Positions 18,935-27,900 of a stretch of 64,000 nucleotides of DNA are shown piece by piece. The position numbers were made by a program, and so were the translations under genes. The DNA comes from Eubacteriales bacterium (lineage in GTDB: Bacteria; Bacillota; Clostridia; Oscillospirales; CAG-272), in NCBI GenBank assembly GCA_045636445.1, contig JAZTXO010000077.1, positions 2,410 through 66,409 of the forward strand, in the 5' to 3' direction. Position 1 is the stretch's first letter. Each line of letters starts with the position of its first letter. The notes under the pieces are model-generated. The model had not been told where the DNA came from. It did not search any database and saw only the letters and a list, made by a program, of their open reading frames with translations.

Positions 18935-19085
18935 GTCTGTGTTTTGGACGTTTCCAAAGTAATATCCTTCGCAAGTTCTTGCGTGACGGCTGTGCCGATG
19001 CACTTCCCGACATCCCCCGACCCTGGCGGGCTGCATCGCAGAGAAATAACAAGGGAATAAGCGGAGCTAAAGAAAGGTAATTAAA

Positions 19086-20798
19086 ATGAAAGCAAAAGCA
19101 TTAAGAGAAAAAAGAGAATTTGCTAACATCAGAGAAATGGTAGAAGATATCGGCGAAAGATATCAGGGTAAGGTTGCTTACCGCTACCGAGTAAAGCCTC
19201 ACGACAAAGAGGCTGTAAAGGTAACCTACGACGAAATGCGTGACCACGTTCGCGCGCTTGCGACCGAGATTATCGCAAGAGGTTACAAGGGCAAGAAGAT
19301 TGCCGTTATCGGTAAACACACCTATCCCTTGATTCAGAGCTACTATGCGGTTATGGCTACCGGCAGCGTGTGGGTTCCTCTTGACAGAGACTGGTCTAAA
19401 GAAGACCTGCTTGAAACTGTAAAGAGCGGCGAGTGCGACCTGCTTATGTGCGACGTTGATATAGCCGACAAGGGACAGTTCATTACCGAAGCTCTTGGAA
19501 TTCCCGCGCCCATCTACCTTAACGGTGAGGGCGAGGACAGCCTGCTTGCTTGGCGTGAAGAGGGCGCTAAAAAGTTTGCAGAGGACTCCTCGGCTTACTA
19601 CAATGCGGAAATCGACCCCGACGCGCTTGCGGAGCTGGTGTTCACCTCGGGTACTACCGGACAAGGCAAGGGCGTTATGCTCTCCCAGAGAAACTTTATG
19701 TCCGACCTTGCAGACGTTATCCCCTTCATCGACTTCTCGGTTAGATGTATGAACGTGCTTCCCCCCCATCACACCTACGGCTCGTCTGTTTCTATCTACG
19801 GACAGAACTCTATCGGCTGTGACATCTACATTTCCTCGGGCGTTAAGTATGTGCTTAAGGAGCTTCAGGAGCACAAACCCGGCCACCTTGTTGCCGTTCC
19901 GCTTTACGTTGAAACCTTCTACCGCAGAATACTTAAGGGTATTGATGACAAGGGCAAATTTGTTGCAGGACTCGTTAAAACCCTTATGAAAGTAAACAAA
20001 AGTTGTCATAAAATCGGTTTAAAGCCTTTTGACGGCTTGTTCAAGAAGATGATTCTCTCCAACTTTGGCGGTGAGCTTAATATGATTATTTCGGGTGGCG
20101 CTCCTCTTAATCAGGAGATGGCAGAGCTCTTTGACGGTCTTGGCGTAAAGGTTCTTAACGGCTACGGAATTACCGAGTGCGCTCCGATTCTTGCAGTAAA
20201 CCACAATAATTATATCGTTCCCAAGAGTGTTGGCCCTGTACTTCCTATCGTTGAATGCCGTATTGCAGACGCTGACGATTTGGGCGAGGGCGAGATTCAG
20301 GTTAAAGGCCCTAACGTAATGCTTGGCTATTACAAGAACGACGAGGCAAATGCCGAGGCATTCACCGAGGACGGATTCTTCCGCACCGGAGATGCGGGAA
20401 GAATGGAAATCACCAAAGAGGGTGACAGAATTCTTTATATCACCGGTCGTTTTAAGAACATCATTATTCTCTCCAACGGTAAGAACGTTTATCCCGAGGA
20501 GATTGAGGACGCTCTCAGCGCAACTCCCGGACTTGTTGACATCGTTGTTTACGAGGGTAAATCCAGACGCGGTATTGCATACAACGCAATAGTTGCCGAG
20601 ATTTATCCCGACAAGGCTCTCCTTGAGGAAAAGGGCATTACCGACCCCAAGGCATACTTCCAGAAGTATATTAACGAGTATAACAAGACCGCAGTTCCCT
20701 ATAAGAAAGTAGGACTTCTCAAGGTTCGTGAGGAAGAGTTCCCGAAGAACACTCTTCGCAAAATACTCAGAAGAAAAATGGATATGACTATCGACTGA
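19086..20798 (+). CDS. AMP-forming long-chain acyl-CoA synthetase (ANL superfamily)
   Basis: 570 aa with FTSGTTGQGKGVMLS (AMP-binding motif), GYGITE, TGD and GRFKN. Confidence 0.85.
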   Translation: MKAKALREKREFANIREMVEDIGERYQGKVAYRYRVKPHDKEAVKVTYDEMRDHVRALATEIIARGYKGKKIAVIGKHTYPLIQSYYAVMATGSVWVPLDRDWSKEDLLETVKSGECDLLMCDVDIADKGQFITEALGIPAPIYLNGEGEDSLLAWREEGAKKFAEDSSAYYNAEIDPDALAELVFTSGTTGQGKGVMLSQRNFMSDLADVIPFIDFSVRCMNVLPPHHTYGSSVSIYGQNSIGCDIYISSGVKYVLKELQEHKPGHLVAVPLYVETFYRRILKGIDDKGKFVAGLVKTLMKVNKSCHKIGLKPFDGLFKKMILSNFGGELNMIISGGAPLNQEMAELFDGLGVKVLNGYGITECAPILAVNHNNYIVPKSVGPVLPIVECRIADADDLGEGEIQVKGPNVMLGYYKNDEANAEAFTEDGFFRTGDAGRMEITKEGDRILYITGRFKNIIILSNGKNVYPEEIEDALSATPGLVDIVVYEGKSRRGIAYNAIVAEIYPDKALLEEKGITDPKAYFQKYINEYNKTAVPYKKVGLLKVREEEFPKNTLRKILRRKMDMTID

Positions 20799-20911
20799 TA
20801 GATTGCTTGAAAACGGCAGAGGTGGAGAACATCTCTGCCGTAAATATTTATAAGACTCCGCATAAGGCACAAAACTTTTTAAAAAATTTTTCTTTTTTTC
20901 AAAATAACTAC

Positions 20912-20940
20912 TTGACAAATGGCTTTTGGTTTGTTATAAT
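20912..20940 (+). promoter_or_regulatory. Consensus sigma-A promoter (TTGACA-17-TATAAT) driving the tRNA cluster
   Basis: Read directly. It ends 16 nt before tRNA-Val. Confidence 0.65.
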
Positions 20941-20956
20941 AGTTAAGCTTTCTAAT

Positions 20957-21032
20957 GGAAGGTTAGCTCAGTTGGGAGAGCATCTGCCTTACAAGCAGAG
21001 GGTCACAGGTTCGAGCCCTGTACTTTCCACCA
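20957..21032 (+). tRNA. tRNA-Val (anticodon TAC), CCA encoded
   Basis: Manual cloverleaf: acceptor GGAAGGT/ACTTTCC, D-arm GCTCAGTTGGGAGAGC, anticodon stem-loop TCTGC-CTTACAA-GCAGA, T-arm GGTTCGAGCC. Confidence 0.9.
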
Positions 21033-21072
21033 AGAAGTTCGGAGTCTTATCGACTCCGAACTTTTATAATAC

Positions 21073-21149
21073 GGCTTGGTAGCTCAGTTGGTTAGAGCGC
21101 TAGCCTGTCACGCTAGAGGTCGTGGGTTCGAGCCCCATCCGAGTCGCCA
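21073..21149 (+). tRNA. tRNA-Asp (anticodon GTC), CCA encoded
   Basis: Manual cloverleaf: acceptor GGCTTGG/CCGAGTC, anticodon stem-loop CTAGC-CTGTCAC-GCTAG, T-loop GGGTTCGAGCCCC. Confidence 0.9.
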
Positions 21150-21317
21150 TTTTTAATATAAAACACTACTGCTCGAACAGAGGAGGTAGTGAATGACAGT
21201 CCGGTGGACTGTCAGAGCCGACGGCGACCAAAGCGCGTAGTTCGCGCTGCGACCGAGCCCCATCCGAGTCGCCAATTTTATTATCGCTCGAACAGAGAGC
21301 GAACAAATTTAATACCT

Positions 21318-21393
21318 GCGGATTTAGCTCATTTGGTAGAGCGCCACCTTGCCAAGGTGGAGGTGGCGGGTTCGAGCCCCGTAATCCGCTCCA
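21318..21393 (+). tRNA. tRNA-Gly (anticodon GCC), CCA encoded
   Basis: Manual cloverleaf: acceptor GCGGATT/AATCCGC, anticodon stem-loop CCACC-TTGCCAA-GGTGG, T-loop GGGTTCGAGCCCC. Confidence 0.9.
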
Positions 21394-21398
21394 AAAAA

Positions 21399-21436
21399 GC
21401 GAAAAGACACTCTTAACGAGTGTCTTTTCGCTTTTT
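21399..21436 (+). terminator. Rho-independent terminator of the tRNA cluster
   Basis: GCGAAAAGACACTC-TTAAC-GAGTGTCTTTTCGC is followed by TTTTT. Confidence 0.8.
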
Positions 21437-21794
21437 CGGGGCTAGGATTTACGGGACTTCTGCACAAAAGTGCAGATAAGCCCCAGAAGTAAGAAGCACA
21501 ATGATTGAACATTGTAGGGTACGGCGCCTCGACGTACCGCAAATACCCTTGCCAAAGTCTGCGTCGCTTAAGGCTCCGAGTAGGAGATTCCTCAATTTTA
21601 GGTATCGTCTTCGAGGAGTGTCTGCGATTTCGGAATGACACCGAGGATAAACAAGGCTCTTGAGTAGCGAAACTATGCCTTTTATTAAATTTGCACAATA
21701 GAAATCTTATATTTTTACATAGATTTGTTATAGATTTTTTTATATTCTATATGATAAAATGAAAGTGTAAGATGGAAAAGGTGTATTTTTGCCT

Positions 21795-22682
21795 TTATTT
21801 TCCGGTCTTTTCTCTGGATTTTCGTTCTGCAAGAGGGGTTTTGCCCTTATAACGCTTATAAATGGAAATAAAGTAGGATATGCTGTTATATCCGCATCTT
21901 ATGGCTATTTCGGAAACCGCAAGGTCGGTGTTTGCCAGAAGATGCTCGGCTTCGTTTACTCTTGTTATGTTAAGATATTCGGTAAAGGTGTTTCCGGTTA
22001 CCTGCTTAAAGCTTCGGGCGAAGTGGCTGTAACTCATATTCACCTGCTCGGCAACCTGCTCGGCGCTTATATCCTCGGCAAACTCCGAGTTCACGTAGAC
22101 TATACTGTCGTAAATCTGCTTTTCCTCGCCTGAAGAGGAAAGGAATGCTTCGCTGCCGCTGCCGAGGACTCCGTATATGACGGTAAGCACCGAAGAAAGC
22201 ATTGCTATATCGTTAAAGGTGTCTTTTTTCTCCCAAAGGGACATAAGCTCTTTGTACCCTTTAAGAATCGGACTTTCTTCAAGCTCGTTGGCTCTCCATA
22301 TATACTTTAAATCCCGATTAAACATACTGAATCTTAAAGCAACTGCCGCGGAAATATCCTTTGGCGAGGTGTTGTAGATAAGTTTCGGGCGGATTTTAAG
22401 GGTATAATACTTATTCAACGGACAGGAGAGAGTGTACATAGAGTGAGCTCCTCTTGAACGGAACATTACCATATCGCCCCTATGAAGAACGTCTTCCTTG
22501 CCGTCGACGATGACTTTTACCTCGCCTTCTGCCAGATATACAAATTCAACTGCGTCGTGAATATGATTATCTGCGGCGCGGCAACGGGCAGGCAGGTCAC
22601 GGTATTTGAAAAACTCAAATCCTCGCCTCAAAAGGTCGGGTTTTATATTCTCTTCTCGTATATTCATAGTTTTATTGTCCAT
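21795..22682 (-). CDS. AraC-family transcriptional regulator (cupin sensor plus HTH_18)
   Basis: 295 aa. The N-terminal cupin-like region has HDAVEFVYLAEGE. The C-terminal AraC HTH has MSYSHFARSFKQVTGNTFTEYL and GYNSISYFISIYKRYKGKTP. It is divergent from the GH92-like gene. Confidence 0.85.
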   Translation of the reverse strand: MDNKTMNIREENIKPDLLRRGFEFFKYRDLPARCRAADNHIHDAVEFVYLAEGEVKVIVDGKEDVLHRGDMVMFRSRGAHSMYTLSCPLNKYYTLKIRPKLIYNTSPKDISAAVALRFSMFNRDLKYIWRANELEESPILKGYKELMSLWEKKDTFNDIAMLSSVLTVIYGVLGSGSEAFLSSSGEEKQIYDSIVYVNSEFAEDISAEQVAEQVNMSYSHFARSFKQVTGNTFTEYLNITRVNEAEHLLANTDLAVSEIAIRCGYNSISYFISIYKRYKGKTPLAERKSREKTGK

Positions 22683-22802
22683 AATACCTCTCCTTTTCTC
22701 GACGCTTTTTAATTATTCTACCACGCACCAAACCGAGAAGTCAACAACTTTTTGAAAAAACGGCAAACTCGGCAAAATTCTCTGCGAAAGGAATCGCAAA
22801 AA

Positions 22803-24887
22803 ATGAAAAAACCAATCGACTTTGTAAACGTCTTTCAAGGCTCGGGGGAAATCGACCTTCCCAACCCCGAGGGTATCGCCAAGACCTGGCTTTTTGTTAA
22901 GGCTCAATGCGGAAACACCACTCCTGCTGCGGCATATCCTTTCGGAAAGGCTACCGTATGCTCTTATACGGGCGGTTATCCTGCCGGCTACGACGACCGC
23001 CGCCCCAACTCCTGCGGAAAGCCTCAAAAATTCGACGCAAAGGTTCACGGATTTTCCCATATGCACGTAAGCGGCACTGGAGCTATCCGTACATATTATA
23101 ATTATGCGGTGGTATCCCCCATTGCAGGTGAAAATTTACGCCCTACCGCAGAGGATTACACCGAGGAAAAGGCTCATCCCGGCTACTATTCGGCATCTCT
23201 TGGCTCGGGTGTGACCTTTGAGGGTACGGTTTCGCAAAAAATAGCGCTTCACCGCTACAAAATGCCAGAAAGGGGACTTCTCTCGATAGATTTTTCAAAC
23301 GACGGAATGGTAAGAGAGGATGACGAATTTTTAAAGAGATTTTTCGGCTACCCGAAGAATGCGAAAATCAATATCCTTTCCTCGGATACCGTCACCGCTT
23401 GCGGAAATTTCCAGGGAATAGACCTTTATTTTGCGGCTCGCTGTAAGGAGTCGGAGGGCGTATTTCTTTGGGAAAACTACGAAAAGCTCGACGGTAAAAC
23501 CCTTGTTCCCAAGGATTTGACGCACCGTTTCGGAGCGGCATTTAAAGTGCCGAAGGAGTCGGAGGTGCGTGTTGCAATCTCGTTTGAGAGCCTTGATGGG
23601 GCGATTTCTATGCTTGACGAGGAAAAAAGAAGCTTTGAACAGGTTCTTTCCGACACCGAAGCCGTATGGGAGGACTATCTCGGCAGGGTAAAAATCCGGT
23701 CGAGTGACGAAAAATTCCTTGAAATATTCTACTCCAACCTTTATCACAGTTTGATTAAGCCGTGTACGGGAGCTGGCGAGAGCTTCCGCTACGATATAAA
23801 AGAGGCGGGGGGCAAATTCTGCTTTGACCTCAGCACTCTTTGGGATATTTACAAAACCGAGCTTCCGCTGATTTTTACCCTTTACCCCGAAATCAGCCAG
23901 GAGATTGTGCAAACTTTACTTAACATTATTGAAAAAGAGGGGCACTCACCCATAACAGTTACCGTTTCTCGGGGCATTGACGATTCAGTTCAGGCGAGAA
24001 TGATTGCCGAAATTGTCTTTGCCGACTATTATTTCAGATACGGAAAATTCGCTTCGGAAATGTTAAGAGCTACCGAAAAAGACCTTTTATCCAATTCCGA
24101 CTTCCTTGACAGCGGTTATTGCGAAAGATACACTCACATTCTCGATATATGCGACGCTCTCGGAGCTATGGCGGAAATTGCGGGTGAGGTTGGCGATAAA
24201 GAAGCCGAAGAACGCTTCTCTGCCCTTTCGTTGCGTTGGGTAAACGCATACGACAAAAAAACCGGACTTCTCAGCGAGAAATCAAAATACTACGAGGGCG
24301 ACAATTGCAACTACTCCTTCCGTCTTTTGAGAAATATGGAAGAGAGGATTGCCCTTGCGGGAAGAGAAAAATTCCTTTCCGACCTTGACGAGCTTTTCGG
24401 CTATACAAGAGGGCCTGTGGAAATGCCCGTCGAGCCGGAGGTTGACCCTCTGCTTCTTAAAATTCACAGCTTTGAGGGCTTCAACAACGAGAGCGATATG
24501 GAAGCTCCATACGCCTACCACCTGGCGGGTGTACCCGAAAAGACCTGCGAAATCGTTACTGCGGGACATAAATATATGTTCACCGACGGCAGAGGCGGAA
24601 TACCCGGAAACAACGATTCGGGCGGTCTTTCCTCCTGCTATATTTGGAATGCTTTGGGAATTTTCCCGGTTGCGGGACAAAATCTTATGCTTATAGGTTC
24701 TCCGAAAATCGACTCGGCAGAAATCGCTCTTGCAAACGGAAAAACTCTTGAAATTGCCGTACATCGCAAAAATGACGAAGAAATCTATGCTGAAAAAGCA
24801 CTCTTAAACGGCAAAAAGCTTGACAACCTTAAAGTGAGTGTCCGTGAAATTATGAATGGCGGAAAACTCGAAATATATATGAAATAA
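22803..24887 (+). CDS. GH92-like alpha-mannosidase family protein, no signal peptide
   Basis: CGNTTPAAAYPFGKATV is the N-terminal GNTxPxAxxPFG-type motif. GIPGNNDSGGLSSCYIWNALGIFPV is the GH92 C-terminal GxxGNxDxGxxSxWY-type motif. I take the start at MKKPIDF (22803). Confidence 0.7.
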   Translation: MKKPIDFVNVFQGSGEIDLPNPEGIAKTWLFVKAQCGNTTPAAAYPFGKATVCSYTGGYPAGYDDRRPNSCGKPQKFDAKVHGFSHMHVSGTGAIRTYYNYAVVSPIAGENLRPTAEDYTEEKAHPGYYSASLGSGVTFEGTVSQKIALHRYKMPERGLLSIDFSNDGMVREDDEFLKRFFGYPKNAKINILSSDTVTACGNFQGIDLYFAARCKESEGVFLWENYEKLDGKTLVPKDLTHRFGAAFKVPKESEVRVAISFESLDGAISMLDEEKRSFEQVLSDTEAVWEDYLGRVKIRSSDEKFLEIFYSNLYHSLIKPCTGAGESFRYDIKEAGGKFCFDLSTLWDIYKTELPLIFTLYPEISQEIVQTLLNIIEKEGHSPITVTVSRGIDDSVQARMIAEIVFADYYFRYGKFASEMLRATEKDLLSNSDFLDSGYCERYTHILDICDALGAMAEIAGEVGDKEAEERFSALSLRWVNAYDKKTGLLSEKSKYYEGDNCNYSFRLLRNMEERIALAGREKFLSDLDELFGYTRGPVEMPVEPEVDPLLLKIHSFEGFNNESDMEAPYAYHLAGVPEKTCEIVTAGHKYMFTDGRGGIPGNNDSGGLSSCYIWNALGIFPVAGQNLMLIGSPKIDSAEIALANGKTLEIAVHRKNDEEIYAEKALLNGKKLDNLKVSVREIMNGGKLEIYMK

Positions 24888-24901
24888 GAAAGGAAAATTT
24901 T

Positions 24902-27900
24902 ATGAAAAAATTACTTTCGTTGCTTATTTTAACGCTTTGCCTTTGCCTTGCGGTATCCTGCGGCAAAAAGGACTCGGACAGCGACTCCAACCAAAACGGG
25001 CAGAACGGCTCGTCGGACAACACCAACCAAGAGCAGCCCGACAATGGCAAAATCCGCCTTATTGCGTCGGACAAAATATCCGCTTCTTTGGTAGATGAAA
25101 TATACTCCGCCCTTCTTTACGACTTAGGGCTTGACGCGGTAATCTCCTCGGATACCTCTGCCGAGGGCGAGTATGAAATCATCATCGGAGAAACCGACAG
25201 AGCTCTTTCGAAAAAAGCCTACACACTCCTTTCGCGAATTGAAAAAGAGGACGAGGACTTCGACACCTCATACCTTATATACAGCGACGGAAAATCTGTT
25301 GCCGTTGCCTTTGACGAGGGTACTCTCGGAGATACTCTTGCAAGAGATGCGGCAATAGCGGCTCTTACGGAAGAAATTCTTGCGGGTAAAAGCCAGATGA
25401 GCTTTACAGAGGGCGTACTTAAAGAGGAAACTCTCAATATTATAGAAAAGCTTGACGCAGAGGACGCTGAAACCGAAAAGGCAGAGCTTGACAAGCTTCT
25501 TCAGATTCTCGGCGGCGACGACCTTGCAAAAAGCACCCTTGAAGAGATTGTAAAATTCCGCACATTTGCTTCTCCCGAGCTTATTCGTTGGTTAGCTAAC
25601 CTTTACGACCCCGAAACCGGTGGATTTTATTACTCAAATTCGGGTAGAAACACAATAGGCTACGCTCCCGACATTGAGTCTACCGAGCAGGCGTTCAATC
25701 TCCTTTCTTCAAGCGGAGCATTGTCGGCTATCGGCTCTTCTCCCGCAAATCTTCCCGATTGGATGAAAGAGGCTCTTGTAAATTGGATAAAGCCTATGCA
25801 GGACACAAACGGCTACTTCTATCACCCTCAATGGGGCAAGGAGCTTACCGATTCGAGATTTGCAAGACGAGGACGCGACCTTTGGAGAGCCGAAAATCTT
25901 CTTCGCTGGTGCGGCGTTTCGCCTACATATACGACTCCAAACGGCACGAAGGGCGACTTTACCTTGGTTGACGGAACGAAGGTAAATCCCGACGGAACGC
26001 CCGTCTCCGAGGTAAATCTTACAGGAAAGCTTTCTTCCTCGCCCTCTTCTGCGGTAGCGAAGATTTCTTCCCTCAAGGCAACCTCATCTAACTATCCCTC
26101 TCATATGAAGGACGAGGCAAGTTTCCTTGCCTACCTTAACACCTTTGATATTAAGCACGACTCCTACTACGCAGGAAACGAGATTGCTTCCCAGGCGAAG
26201 GAGATTGCCAACAGAGAATCGCAGCTCAAAGCAGAAAACTCTTCATTCTCTATTAAAGCGACTCTTGAAAAATGGCTTAACGACAGCCAGAACCCCGAAA
26301 ACGGACTTTGGTACTACGTAAATGCGGGAGCTGACAATTACTCTATTTACGACGGAGTAAACGGACTTCTTAAAATCAGCGCTCTTTACAACGAGGTGGG
26401 AATCGAATTCCCCAATCCTATGGCGGCTATCGACTCGGCTATAAGAGCTATTTATACCGACGAAGACCCCTTGACCGTTTGCTATACCTATAACACCTGG
26501 TTTGCGGTGAAGAATATTTTCGACAACCTGACTATGTTCTCATCGAATCCCGAACAGACCGAAAAGGATATTGCCGAAATAAGAGCGTCTCTTCTTGCAG
26601 ACGCCCCGAACGCAATAAAAATCACAAGAGAGAAGGTTGCAAAGTTCTTAAAGGACGACGGCTCATTCTCCTACTATCAGAAAAAAACAAGCCACGGCAG
26701 TATGGGTATGCCGGTTGCTGTGCCTAACGTGAACGAGGGCGACATAAACGCAACCCTTATCTGCGGTATAAGCACTGCGGGATATATGTATCAGGTTCTC
26801 GGAATCGAGGAATATATGCCATCTCTTTACGGCAGGTCCACCTGGTATAAATTCTTAAGTATAATCGACGATATCGGCGACGTTATCAAAAACGAGATTA
26901 AAGACGACAAGGTGCTTGTCTTTGACGATTATGACGATGGACAGACACCCGACGAAATTATCTTTGACTACAAGTATTCAAGCGGCGGAGCAACCGTAAC
27001 AAGCGACGTAGGCGAGGGCAGACGAGGCAAGGCTCTTCGCTTCAATTCTCCCGCAGACGGCGGCGACAGAATCCAGATAGACTGCACAAATCCCCTTTCC
27101 ACAAACAGTTACGTCTTCGAGACGGATATGTGCATCGAAAGCGGCGGCTCGTCGGGCTACTGTATTCAGATAGTTATGGGCGACTGCTATATGCTTGCCT
27201 TTAGAATCGTAGGAAACAGAGTGCAGATATTCGACACTTCCTCGGCTTCCACAATCAAAAAAGAGGTGGAATTCGGCTACTCGGTAGGACTTGACGAGTG
27301 GTTCAAGCTTCGTATGGAATACTACGTTGGCGACGAGGACACCGTAAGAGCAAAGGTTTATATAAACGATAAGCTTATTGCAGTAAGCGACAACTACTAC
27401 AACCACTCCGGCACAAAGATTACCCAGGGCCACGGAACTCCCGCAACCGTATTTACCTTCGTTCGTATTTCCGCCTTTTCAAACTACAACGTTTCAATGC
27501 TCTTTGACAATATGGCGGTTTACAAGAGAAACGACATTTACGAGGTTGAAACAAATCCCTTAAATCAGCCTATATACACCGTTGACAGACCTACCCTTGA
27601 GGAAAATATCTTCGATTTCGAGGATTCCGGAAACGAAAAGGACTATCCCGACGGTATTGAGGTATTTGAGGGGGGCGATTCTGTTTCGGTAGAAAACGGA
27701 GAGCTTCTGCTTAATGGCGGAGCATCTGACGGCTTTAAGGTCACTCTTCCTCACTTTATCAGAGAAGAGGGAGCAAACTGCGACGTATTTGAAGCCTTCG
27801 TTACGCTAAAGAATGCCGACGAGGAAGCGAAAATCGCTCTTAACTTCTTAAGCGGCGATTATACCGAAACCGAAATTCTCGGACTTCTTCTTGAATCGGT

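Noticed and set aside
18689-19085. Looked for the SRP RNA (ffs) that commonly follows tadA in Firmicutes.
   Set aside because: Reading either strand, I found no domain IV-like motif (..GGUCCGGAAGGAAGCAGC..). A covariance-model scan is still needed to exclude it formally.
19101-20918. Long antisense ORFs 19101..20009 (-) and 20019..20918 (-), opposite the acyl-CoA synthetase gene.
   Set aside because: The plus-strand frame carries all the ANL-family motifs. The antisense products are low-complexity with no recognisable motifs. The same reasoning applies to these ORFs:
- 128..553
- 8463..9023
- 9243..10025
- 15244..15777
- 23331..23912
- 37793..38785
- 40437..41588
- 42967..43620
- 53320..54114
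- 54658..55146
- 57593..58330
- 60531..61304
- 61742..62368
21189-21698. ORFs 21189..21416 (+) and 21324..21698 (-).
   Set aside because: They overlap tRNA-Gly, the terminator and the duplicated tRNA-Asp fragment. They have no RBS and an arginine/serine-rich composition typical of non-coding translation.
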